Source: a virus
DNA: 64,000 bases
Reading direction: 5' to 3' (one strand)
Virus record (IMG/VR): IMGVR_UViG_3300029448_000003
Coordinates: 46,915-110,914 of that record
Made by a program: the position numbers and the translations under genes
Notes under the pieces: model-generated
Told to the model about the DNA's origin: nothing
What the model saw: the letters and a program-made list of their open reading frames with translations, nothing else
The model's database searches: none
Shown here: in pieces, positions 7,841-16,255 of the stretch
How positions within the stretch are numbered: position 1 is the first letter of the stretch
Layout of the letters: each line of letters begins with the position of its first letter

Positions 7841-8017
7841 ATGTTAAAACGAAAACCAAAAAAAGCAAAGAAAAAAACTGTCAATGAAATAATGGATATA
7901 TTAAACAATCCAAATAAATATTCAAAGGCAGTTTACCAATCGGCTATTCGTTCTTTTGGAACTATGCAAAGAAAAACTTTTGCCAACAAAGGAAAATTAA
8001 TTAGGAAAAAGAAGTAA
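7841..8017 (+). CDS. small Lys-rich protein (58 aa)
   Basis: Manual: MLKRKPKKAKKKTVNEIMDIL...FANKGKLIRKKK. Confidence 0.6.
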   Translation: MLKRKPKKAKKKTVNEIMDILNNPNKYSKAVYQSAIRSFGTMQRKTFANKGKLIRKKK

Positions 8018-8061
8018 CTACAGGAGACTGGTTAAACTAAATATAGAAAGACACCCCAACC

Positions 8062-8553
8062 ATGATTGACCCCATTACAGCATTGACAGCTGCTAGTTCT
8101 GCTTACAGTCTTATTAAAAAAGGTTTTGCCGCAGGTCGTGAGATTGAATCTATGACAGGCGATTTAGCAAAATGGATGGGTGCTATTTCAGACATTAAGC
8201 ATGTCGAAAAGCAAGCTAAGAACCCACCACTATTTAAAAAACTCTTTAGTGGTTCTTCTGTAGAACAGGAAGCTATGGATGCTTTTGCTGCAAAGAAAAA
8301 AGCAGAAGCAATGGAAGAAGAGTTACGTAACTGGATTAACTTAACACATGGACCTAATGCATGGTCTGACCTTTTAAAGATGCAGGCTAAGATTAGGAAG
8401 GATAGACAAGAGCAAATATATGCTCAACAGGAAGCTAGAAAAAAAGTTATGAATGTTATAGGTATTGTATTGGCTTCTATCGTATTAGCCGTGGCTGTTT
8501 CTATTTTATTCTATGTTATAGTGACAGGAGTACAAGCAGACCCTAAAGTGTGA
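8062..8553 (+). CDS. membrane-anchored coiled-coil protein
   Basis: MIDPITAL..A...IKKG N-terminus typical of marine phage proteins; C-terminal TM helix. Confidence 0.75.
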   Translation: MIDPITALTAASSAYSLIKKGFAAGREIESMTGDLAKWMGAISDIKHVEKQAKNPPLFKKLFSGSSVEQEAMDAFAAKKKAEAMEEELRNWINLTHGPNAWSDLLKMQAKIRKDRQEQIYAQQEARKKVMNVIGIVLASIVLAVAVSILFYVIVTGVQADPKV

Positions 8554-8557
8554 TAAA

Positions 8558-8740
8558 ATGTTATGGATGCTATTTGTAATACTAAACGGAACGGATATAC
8601 AAGAGAATGTCTACTTCAATGATTTGGATACGTGCCTTGAATATGCACAAAAAATGCAACAACAAGATTTACACCAGCGACAAGCAGGTGATAAAATTTA
8701 CCTCAAGGTTTATTGCATACCTAAAAATGCAACTGATTAG
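8558..8740 (+). CDS. small putative secreted Cys-pair protein
   Basis: Hydrophobic N-term, FxxxxxCxEY...C motif. Confidence 0.6.
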   Translation: MLWMLFVILNGTDIQENVYFNDLDTCLEYAQKMQQQDLHQRQAGDKIYLKVYCIPKNATD

Positions 8741-8755
8741 AGGAAAGAAAATAAT

Positions 8756-8965
8756 ATGTGGATTCCAGTAATAACAATACTATGGGCATTAGGTGAAAAT
8801 GCTACGTGGGTAAATTTTCCAATGGTAAATTTTCCATTTACAACACAAGATAGATGTCAAGAATATGTAGCAAGGGTTAGAAGTAGTATAACTAAAGACC
8901 CTCAATATTTAGAAGGGTATAGTGTATGTGTAGAGATACCTAGTAAAAAAGGAGAAGCAACATGA
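8756..8965 (+). CDS. small putative secreted Cys-pair protein
   Basis: Same FxxxxxCxEY...C pattern as previous ORF. Confidence 0.6.
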   Translation: MWIPVITILWALGENATWVNFPMVNFPFTTQDRCQEYVARVRSSITKDPQYLEGYSVCVEIPSKKGEAT

Positions 8966-10002
8966 ATAAAATGATTTATACATTTAGTATATTTTTAACT
9001 TTAGTAGGCACTATATCTAGTGCTGTCGCAAGAGAACAAATAAGGATAGTCGGTTCTAGTACTGTTTATCCATTTTCAACAATCGTTGCAGAGAAATTTG
9101 CACAACAAGGAAATCCAGCTCCTATTGTAGAATCAACAGGTTCAGGTGGTGGAATGAAATTATTTTGTGCTGGTGTAGGTTTAGAACATCCAGATATTAC
9201 AAACGCATCAAGAGCAATTAAAGATAAAGAAGCTACAACTTGTAAGAAAAATGGTGTTGCATTTACAGAGTTTGTTGTAGGTAATGATGGACTTGCATTT
9301 GCAAATTCAAACGAAGGACAAAAATTTAGTATTTCTATTGCACATATAGCAGCGGCACTTGCAAAAGAACTCCCTAAAGATGGGTCTATGCAAGATAATT
9401 TTTTGATGACTTGGGATGAAGTAGATGCTTATGTGCATAAACAAATGGGTCATCCGATTTTAAATTTACCAAATCAAAAGATTGCAATTATGATACCACC
9501 ACCAACCTCTGGAACAAGAGATGCAATGGGTTCTTTGTTTATGAAGAATGGTTGGAAGAAACTAGGGTTATATTCTGGTGACACGAAAGGTGGATATAAA
9601 GTATTAAGAGAAGATGGTGTTGCAATAGAGATGGGCGAAAACGATAATTTAATAGTAGAAAAATTAGTTGCAGATTCAAATTTATTTGGTGTTTTTGGTT
9701 ATTCCTTTTTTGACCAAAATAGAGATAAAGTCCAATCCTCTATAATTGATAATATAGAATTAACTTTTGATAATATTGCATCATATCAATATCCGGGTGC
9801 TAGACCATTATTCTTTTATGTAAAGAATGACCATATTTATGCAATACCAAACATGTTAAGTTATGTTGAAGAATTTGTGTCAGAGAGGGCTATGAGTATT
9901 AATGGATATTTATTTCCAGCAGGGCTTGTGCCTTTATCAAATGATGACTATGCAAAACAAGTTGATGCATTATCAACATTAAAGGAAAACAAACATGATT
10001 AA
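8962..10002 (+). CDS. pstS: phosphate ABC transporter substrate-binding protein (auxiliary metabolic gene)
   Basis: Signal peptide, IRIVGSSTVYPF, ESTGSGGG, DITNASR, PPPTSGTRD, YPGARPLFFYVK. Confidence 0.93.
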   Translation: MNKMIYTFSIFLTLVGTISSAVAREQIRIVGSSTVYPFSTIVAEKFAQQGNPAPIVESTGSGGGMKLFCAGVGLEHPDITNASRAIKDKEATTCKKNGVAFTEFVVGNDGLAFANSNEGQKFSISIAHIAAALAKELPKDGSMQDNFLMTWDEVDAYVHKQMGHPILNLPNQKIAIMIPPPTSGTRDAMGSLFMKNGWKKLGLYSGDTKGGYKVLREDGVAIEMGENDNLIVEKLVADSNLFGVFGYSFFDQNRDKVQSSIIDNIELTFDNIASYQYPGARPLFFYVKNDHIYAIPNMLSYVEEFVSERAMSINGYLFPAGLVPLSNDDYAKQVDALSTLKENKHD

Positions 10003-10126
10003 TTGGGATAAAATTAAATTTGATATGTGGAATAAAAGATTTGGCGAAGGAACTAATTTTGATTTAGACTATGGTAAGTTACTTATTATAGGTCTATTAG
10101 TGTATCACATCTTTTTTCAAGGTTAG
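9995..10126 (+). CDS. small membrane protein (43 aa)
   Basis: Manual: MINWDKIKFDMWNKRFGEGTNFDLDYGKLLIIGLLVYHIFFQG; AAAGGA SD. Confidence 0.55.
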   Translation: MINWDKIKFDMWNKRFGEGTNFDLDYGKLLIIGLLVYHIFFQG

Positions 10127-10128
10127 CT

Positions 10129-10401
10129 ATGGTTTTAAAAAGACATCAAAATCCTTCTGGTGGTTTAAACGCTGCAGGTCGAGCACACTTTAAAAAGAAA
10201 GACGGCAGTAATCTTAAACCACCTGTAAAAGCAGGAGTTAATCCTAGAAGAGTTTCTTTTGCTGCACGATTTGCAGGTATGAAAGGACCTATGAAAAAAC
10301 CTAATGGTGAACCTACACGTAAGGCATTAGCGTTAAAAGCATGGGGTTTTCGTAATGAGCAATCAGCGAGAAATTTCGCAAACAGGCACAAAAAAACATG
10401 A
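10129..10401 (+). CDS. basic conserved phage protein (DUF6321-like)
   Basis: GGLNAAGRAHF...RRVSFAARFAGM...ALKAWG. Confidence 0.7.
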   Translation: MVLKRHQNPSGGLNAAGRAHFKKKDGSNLKPPVKAGVNPRRVSFAARFAGMKGPMKKPNGEPTRKALALKAWGFRNEQSARNFANRHKKT

Positions 10402-10676
10402 CAAACGCAAAAAAAGTAATTAAAAAAGTAGTTAAGGGATTAAAAAAAGCTAGTAAATCTCATGCAGGTCAAGCTAAATCATTAGCGTCTTTAAAATTAA
10501 ATAAAGGTGGTAGTACTGTAAATAAAGCAGGTAACTATACAAAACCTACTATGCGTAAGAGTTTATTTAATTCTATTAAAGCAGGTGGTAAGGGTGGTAA
10601 TCCGGGACAATGGTCTGGAAGAAAAGCTCAAATGTTAGCCAAACAATATAAAGCTAAAGGTGGGGGATACCGATAG
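10398..10676 (+). CDS. basic protein, DUF5872-like N-terminal half
   Basis: NYTKPTMRK...GGKGGNPGQWSGRKAQMLAKQYKAKGGGY. Confidence 0.7.
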   Translation: MTNAKKVIKKVVKGLKKASKSHAGQAKSLASLKLNKGGSTVNKAGNYTKPTMRKSLFNSIKAGGKGGNPGQWSGRKAQMLAKQYKAKGGGYR

Positions 10677-10924
10677 TGGCATTAGCTAAACCACAAAGGT
10701 CTTTAAAAGCATGGGGAAAACAGAAGTGGCGAACAAAATCAGGGAAGCCATCCAAGCAAACAGGAGAAAGATACTTGCCTACAGCGGCAATAAAAGCTCT
10801 AACACCTGCCCAGTATGCGGCAACGACAAAAGCAAAACGGCAAGGAACAAAAAAGGGCAAACAAGCTGTGAAGCAACCGAAGTCAGTTGCAAGACAAACA
10901 GCAAAATATAGGAGATTTACATAG
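10676..10924 (+). CDS. basic protein, DUF5872-like C-terminal half
   Basis: QRSLKAWGKQKWRT...GERYLP. Confidence 0.7.
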   Translation: MALAKPQRSLKAWGKQKWRTKSGKPSKQTGERYLPTAAIKALTPAQYAATTKAKRQGTKKGKQAVKQPKSVARQTAKYRRFT

Positions 10925-11328
10925 TGCTTGGACTAAGTTCATTATTAGGACCTATTGCTAATATAGCAGGAACGTATATACAAGGAAAAGTAGACAAGGC
11001 AAAAGCCGAAACAGAAGTAAAAGTTGCTCGTGCAAAAGCTGAAGCAAAAGTTTATGAAACAGAAGCAACCTCAAGTATGTTGAATGAGCAAAGCCTTACT
11101 CAACAAATGGCAGGAAGTTGGAAAGATGAATTTTGGACTTTAATCTTTGGAGGGATATTAGTATGTTGTTTTTTACCTTGGACACAAGAGTATGTTAAAG
11201 AGGGGTTTCTTTTCCTCGAAGAAAATACTCCTAATTGGTTTTCTACTTGCCTATATATTTGTATTGGCAGTAGTTTTGGATATAGGTTCGGTAAGACAGG
11301 TCTTCAATTAATAAATAAGAAGGGGTAA
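10924..11328 (+). CDS. putative holin (3TM-holin-like)
   Basis: SWKDEFW followed by two TM helices and FGYR; near endolysin. Confidence 0.6.
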   Translation: MLGLSSLLGPIANIAGTYIQGKVDKAKAETEVKVARAKAEAKVYETEATSSMLNEQSLTQQMAGSWKDEFWTLIFGGILVCCFLPWTQEYVKEGFLFLEENTPNWFSTCLYICIGSSFGYRFGKTGLQLINKKG

Positions 11329-11331
11329 TCT

Positions 11332-11583
11332 ATGTCTTGTGAGTGTGGAAATGAAAATTGTAAATGTGATGGTGACTTAGTTCCAGATAAATTAGCATAC
11401 CAAGTAAACAAAAGGAGAATGGCATGGGTTTTAATTATTCTTATGGGTATTACTACTATCCTAACTTTGGCTTACCCAAACAGACTAGCCGAAGCAGAAA
11501 GTATACTTATGACACAATATATTTCGATGTGTGGACTGGTTGGAGCATATTTCGGATTTAGTGCATTGAGTGGTAAAAAATAA
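11332..11583 (+). CDS. two-TM membrane protein (holin-like)
   Basis: NKRRMAW, TM-TM, GAYFG. Confidence 0.6.
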   Translation: MSCECGNENCKCDGDLVPDKLAYQVNKRRMAWVLIILMGITTILTLAYPNRLAEAESILMTQYISMCGLVGAYFGFSALSGKK

Positions 11584-11589
11584 TGGCTT

Positions 11590-11832
11590 ATGGAAGGTAT
11601 CTTACAATATTGGGAACAGTTAATTTTTTTCTTGACAGCACTTGTAGTAGCTGTTAAACTACACACAGATGTTACAACACTCAAGAAAGATGTAGAAAAA
11701 CTAGAAGCCGATTGCCAAAAGGCAAACGATAAGATACAGGATAACTTTGTAAGTTCGGTAAGAACTGAAAGTGCCGTAAAAGAAACAGAGAAAAAAATTG
11801 AATCTCTATTTCAGTTACATAACAAAGATTAA
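11590..11832 (+). CDS. TM plus coiled-coil protein (lysis-associated?)
   Basis: N-terminal TM helix then heptad-like region. Confidence 0.55.
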   Translation: MEGILQYWEQLIFFLTALVVAVKLHTDVTTLKKDVEKLEADCQKANDKIQDNFVSSVRTESAVKETEKKIESLFQLHNKD

Positions 11833-11837
11833 AGTTT

Positions 11838-12005
11838 ATGAAAAATGGTTGGGATAACCACGAAGATACTTTTGAAGAAACATTACGTAGAGAAATGTTA
11901 AAATGGAAAAAGTTATATTTTCTTCTACAAGATGATATGAAAGAATTAACAAAAGCATATTACAAAGTTCTCAAAGAGAATGAACAATTAAAAAGGAAAC
12001 ACTAA
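11838..12005 (+). CDS. small coiled-coil protein (55 aa)
   Basis: Manual: MKNGWDNHEDTFEETLRREM...MKELTKAYYKVLKE. Confidence 0.55.
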   Translation: MKNGWDNHEDTFEETLRREMLKWKKLYFLLQDDMKELTKAYYKVLKENEQLKRKH

Positions 12006-12006
12006 T

Positions 12007-12450
12007 ATGGGCATAGCAAGTAAACTAGCAAGAGCAATAGCAAAAAAAATACCTAAGAAAAAAGTAGATTCAAAAGGTAATACTAAAAGCATATTTAGAG
12101 GGCAGAGTACTAATCAAGCAAAGACACAAAAACCTACAGAAAAACAAAGAAGATACAGAGTTGGACAAGCAAAGGGATTTCTTGCTGGTGCAGGTACTGT
12201 GTTAACTGTTGGTTCAGCCGTGGCTCTGTATAAAAAAGATGCAACTTTTAGATCACGTTTAGATGCAGCACAGAAAGCAGGGAAAGCTACAGTTAATTAT
12301 AAAGGAAGTACCTATAAAGTACCAAAAAATAAAATACCTCTACCTGTTTCAAAACCCAAAACAACACCTAGTAAGCTTAAAAAGGGTAGCAGGATTAGTT
12401 ATGCTGAAAGATTTAAAGAAATAGAAGATGAAAAAAAAGGAAAGAATTAA
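12007..12450 (+). CDS. basic protein with ASKLARA leader
   Basis: AAAGGA SD; N-term matches that of 18533..21733. Confidence 0.7.
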   Translation: MGIASKLARAIAKKIPKKKVDSKGNTKSIFRGQSTNQAKTQKPTEKQRRYRVGQAKGFLAGAGTVLTVGSAVALYKKDATFRSRLDAAQKAGKATVNYKGSTYKVPKNKIPLPVSKPKTTPSKLKKGSRISYAERFKEIEDEKKGKN

Positions 12451-12905
12451 TGGAAACACTTACAGATAGATTAAGAGAAGAGTTAAAAACAGATGAAGGT
12501 TGTAAGTATGAAGTATATTTAGATCACTTAGGTTTACCCACATTTGGTATCGGACATTTAATTACTGACAAAGACCCAGAACACCAAATGGGAATGGGAA
12601 CACCTGTCGATGAAATAAGAGTTAATGAAGCATTTGAACAAGATGTGCATGTAACATTAGATGAATGTAGAAAGCTATTTAATGATTGGGATAATTTACC
12701 TGAAGAAGTAAAACTAATTACAGCTAACATGATGTTTAATATGGGTAGACCTAGATTATCAGGTTTTAAAAAAATGATACAGGCTATTAGCGATGGTGAT
12801 TGGTTAGAAGCAGCAATTCAAATGAAAGATTCTAGATGGTACAAGCAAGTAACAAACAGAGCCGACAGGCTAATAAGCAGAATGAAAGCTGTAAATTTAC
12901 AGTAA
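12450..12905 (+). CDS. endolysin, T4-lysozyme-like (GH24)
   Basis: DEG...YLDHLGLPTFGIGHL catalytic E-8-D-5-T pattern, MMFNMG, SRWYKQV..RA. Confidence 0.9.
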   Translation: METLTDRLREELKTDEGCKYEVYLDHLGLPTFGIGHLITDKDPEHQMGMGTPVDEIRVNEAFEQDVHVTLDECRKLFNDWDNLPEEVKLITANMMFNMGRPRLSGFKKMIQAISDGDWLEAAIQMKDSRWYKQVTNRADRLISRMKAVNLQ

Positions 12906-12999
12906 GCGAAATTGAAAAACAAAAAAATAGAGAACGGCATAAGCATAATTTGCGTAAATTATTTAAGCCTATTAGTAGACAATTTAAAGGGAGTAGCAC

Positions 13000-14028
13000 A
13001 TGGCAGAAATGCCCTATAACAACAACCAAGAGCCAACAGGTGAACAACTAGGTATTCCGACACCACCTAGACCTCCTATGGGTACGGCTACACCAGATGC
13101 TGTAGCACCAACACCTGTAGCAACACCTATGCCAGATCAAATGCAAACAGTATCAACACCTAGAGAACAAACAGCCGTTGCAACACGAGATTGGCAAGCA
13201 GAAATTAATGACTTAAAAAGCCGTATGGAAGAGCAAAAAGCACAGTATATAATGCAGATTGAAATGCTAAAAGCTCAATTACAAGCTCAACAGAAACCAG
13301 CACCTGTTCAAGATGTAGAAGCTGTTCAAGAAGTTGTAACACCAATGCCAACACAACCTGTACAGCCACCACGACAAGGACCTACTGCTGATCCTAGACC
13401 GGCTGTAACACCAATGCCAGCAAAGCCTATCATGCCAATGCTACCAACACTACCTGTACAGCCTAATCCTAGAACTACTGGACAGCTAGAACTTCTTAAA
13501 AAGAAACTTGCTGAACAAAGAAAAACATTTGGAACTATGACACCAGAGCAAAGACGTAATTTTTCTGCTAATCAGAGTATACAAAAAATAATGTCTAACA
13601 CTATGCTAGACCCAGTAGAACAAAGAAAAAGAGTACGGCAGGTTAAACTAGATTTAGCACATGCAAGACAAATAGAGCAAATGAGAAAACAAAATGTGCC
13701 ACCTACAGTTATTATGGATAGATCATTTAGATACAACCTACAAAAAGCTAGACGTAATGCCGTACCCAATGAGCAAATAAGATTAATGATTATGCAACAT
13801 CAACACAGAAAAAAAATGTTTAGGGCACAAAAAGCAGGTGTGTCACGTAAAGAACTAATGAATATGCAAGCTAGTTTTCAAGTAGATGTGCTAAACTATA
13901 AAAACCGATTAGCGATGGCAACTAAAAAAATGGATGCACGTACACGTAACAGAGATAGGTATAGGTCAATGTATGAGAGATGGAAACAGCAAAGAGCACA
14001 GGCAAATAGACCAAGGAATGTAAGATGA
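13000..14028 (+). CDS. Pro/Gln/Met-rich low-complexity protein with basic helical C-terminus
   Basis: AGGGAG SD; repeated TPMP and PVQP. Confidence 0.7.
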   Translation: MAEMPYNNNQEPTGEQLGIPTPPRPPMGTATPDAVAPTPVATPMPDQMQTVSTPREQTAVATRDWQAEINDLKSRMEEQKAQYIMQIEMLKAQLQAQQKPAPVQDVEAVQEVVTPMPTQPVQPPRQGPTADPRPAVTPMPAKPIMPMLPTLPVQPNPRTTGQLELLKKKLAEQRKTFGTMTPEQRRNFSANQSIQKIMSNTMLDPVEQRKRVRQVKLDLAHARQIEQMRKQNVPPTVIMDRSFRYNLQKARRNAVPNEQIRLMIMQHQHRKKMFRAQKAGVSRKELMNMQASFQVDVLNYKNRLAMATKKMDARTRNRDRYRSMYERWKQQRAQANRPRNVR

Positions 14029-14402
14029 GTAGACAACTAACAGAAAGACAACAAAAATTTATGGATGCCTTATTTAATGATGCTAATGGTAATATTACAA
14101 ATGCTAAAATAATTGCAGGGTATTCTACAAAAACAAATAATCAAGAAATTATTAAGACTTTAAAAGATGAAATAATGGAAGCAACACAACTGTATATGGC
14201 AAGTAATGCTCCACGAGCTGCTGTAGCAATAGCTGATAGTTTAGATAACCCAACAGAGTTAGGTATTAAAGACAAGATGATTGCTGCAAAAGAACTGTTA
14301 GATAGAACAGGTTTAATAAAAACAGAAAAGGTACAAGTAGAAGCATCAGGTGGTGTAATGCTTATGCCGACTAAGAAACCAATAGAGGATAATGACGAGT
14401 AG
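14025..14402 (+). CDS. terS: terminase small subunit
   Basis: LTERQQKF...A.IIAGYS HTH start, AAKELLDRTG; upstream of TerL. Confidence 0.75.
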   Translation: MSRQLTERQQKFMDALFNDANGNITNAKIIAGYSTKTNNQEIIKTLKDEIMEATQLYMASNAPRAAVAIADSLDNPTELGIKDKMIAAKELLDRTGLIKTEKVQVEASGGVMLMPTKKPIEDNDE

Positions 14403-14817
14403 AAGTATAGGTAAATGGGATTTACCACAACCACTAGACATGAAAGAACAAAATGAATGGATTGCGATACCAAGAATTGCAAGAACTGTTCCTTTTGGTT
14501 ATGAAATAGACCCTGAAAATGAATACATTCTTAGACCCATACCTCGTGAGTTAGATGCTTTAGAAAAAGCAAAAGAACACTTAAAACAGTATTCATATAG
14601 ACAGGTCGCAAATTGGTTAAGTACTTTTACTGAAAGGTACATTTCCCACATAGGATTAATGAAAAGAGTAAGACGTGAGCAAAAACGTAAGAACAAAGCT
14701 AGAACTCTCCGTGTCTGGTCAGAATATGCAGAAAAGGCAATACAAACAGCGAAAGAAGAAGCAAAAAGACTTGAAAACCAAAGAACAGGTAGTCAGCAAA
14801 GTATTAGCTACGGATAG
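14392..14817 (+). CDS. hypothetical DNA-binding protein
   Basis: RTVPFGY...SYRQVANWL...ISHIGL resembles recombinase-type HTH. Confidence 0.6.
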   Translation: MTSRSIGKWDLPQPLDMKEQNEWIAIPRIARTVPFGYEIDPENEYILRPIPRELDALEKAKEHLKQYSYRQVANWLSTFTERYISHIGLMKRVRREQKRKNKARTLRVWSEYAEKAIQTAKEEAKRLENQRTGSQQSISYG

Positions 14818-16246
14818 TAGTATAGATTATATAGAACCTGTACAAGAAGCAGAGCAAAATGTAGTATTTAAACCTAATGATGGACCTCAAACAGAGTTTC
14901 TTGCTGCAAGCGAAAGAGAAGTTTTATATGGTGGTTCAGCAGGTGGTGGCAAGTCGTTTGCTATGTTAGCTGACCCTCTTAGGTATATGGGTCATTCTTC
15001 ATTTAGTGGCTTACTATTACGACACACAACAGAAGAGTTAAGAGAACTTATATTTAAGTCACAAGAATTATATCCTAAAGTTTGGAAGGGTATAAAGTGG
15101 TATGAAAGAAAAATGCAATGGGTTGCACCGTCAGGTGCAAGATTGTGGATGTCATACCTTGATAGAGATGAAGATGTGATGCGATACCAAGGTTTAGCTT
15201 TTAGTTGGATAGGTTTTGACGAATTAACACAATGGGCAACCCCTTTTGCATGGAACTATATGCGTTCACGTTTACGTTCTGTAGCATCGGATTTACCTAT
15301 CTTTATGAGGGCTACAACAAACCCCGGTGGTATAGGACATCAATGGGTTAAGAAAATGTTTATTGACCCTGCACCTTATGGAAAAGAGTTTGATGCAACA
15401 GATATTGAAACAGGAGAAGTCCTTAAATACCCAGCAGGACATAGAAAGGCTGGAAAATCTTTATTCAAACGGAGATTTATTCCTGCAAGACTATCTGACA
15501 ATCCATACCTCTCAGAAAGTGGTGACTATGAAGCAATGCTCTTATCCCTTCCTGAACAACAGCGTAAACAGCTTTTGGATGGCGATTGGGATATTAAAGA
15601 AGGTGCTGCTTTTACCGAGTTTAACAGGGATATACACGTTGTTGAACCTTTTGCTATACCTAATAGTTGGATTAAGTTCCGTGCTTGTGATTACGGCTAC
15701 GGAAGTTATTCAGGGGTTCTTTGGTTTGCTGTATCGCCTTCTGAACAGTTGGTGGTATATCGTGAACTTTACGTATCAAAAGTTCTTGCAACGGACTTAG
15801 CAGATAGGATACTAGAGTTAGAAGCTGAAGATGGTAATCTTAAATATGGCATACTAGATTCTAGTTTATGGCACAAAAGAGGTGACACAGGACCTTCTCT
15901 AGCAGAACAAATGACTATGAGAGGTTGTCGATTTAGACCATCAGATAGAAGTAAAGGTTCTCGTGTATCAGGTAAAAATGAAGTACACAGACGATTACAA
16001 ATAGACGATTTTACAAAGGAATCAAGGTTAGTGTTTTTTAACACCTGTACAGAAATAATTGCACAGTTACCTTCTATTCCGTTAGATAAAAAAAATCCAG
16101 AGGATGTAGATACAAAAGCAGAAGATCACTTGTATGATGCTTTAAGATATGGTATAATGTCAAGACCAAGGTTTAATATATTTGATTATGACCCACATAT
16201 ACCAAAAGCAACATTTAAACCTGCAGATTCTACGTTTGGATATTAA
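14675..16246 (+). CDS. terL: terminase large subunit
   Basis: YGGSAGGGKS Walker A, IGFDELT Walker B, ATTNPGG, nuclease DYG...EDHLYDALRY. Confidence 0.95.
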   Translation: MSKNVRTKLELSVSGQNMQKRQYKQRKKKQKDLKTKEQVVSKVLATDSSIDYIEPVQEAEQNVVFKPNDGPQTEFLAASEREVLYGGSAGGGKSFAMLADPLRYMGHSSFSGLLLRHTTEELRELIFKSQELYPKVWKGIKWYERKMQWVAPSGARLWMSYLDRDEDVMRYQGLAFSWIGFDELTQWATPFAWNYMRSRLRSVASDLPIFMRATTNPGGIGHQWVKKMFIDPAPYGKEFDATDIETGEVLKYPAGHRKAGKSLFKRRFIPARLSDNPYLSESGDYEAMLLSLPEQQRKQLLDGDWDIKEGAAFTEFNRDIHVVEPFAIPNSWIKFRACDYGYGSYSGVLWFAVSPSEQLVVYRELYVSKVLATDLADRILELEAEDGNLKYGILDSSLWHKRGDTGPSLAEQMTMRGCRFRPSDRSKGSRVSGKNEVHRRLQIDDFTKESRLVFFNTCTEIIAQLPSIPLDKKNPEDVDTKAEDHLYDALRYGIMSRPRFNIFDYDPHIPKATFKPADSTFGY

Positions 16247-16255
16247 AGGAAAGTT

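Noticed and set aside
8900-8962. Pho box upstream of pstS
   Set aside because: No tandem CTGTCA-like 11 bp repeats seen; the gene is coupled to the upstream ORF
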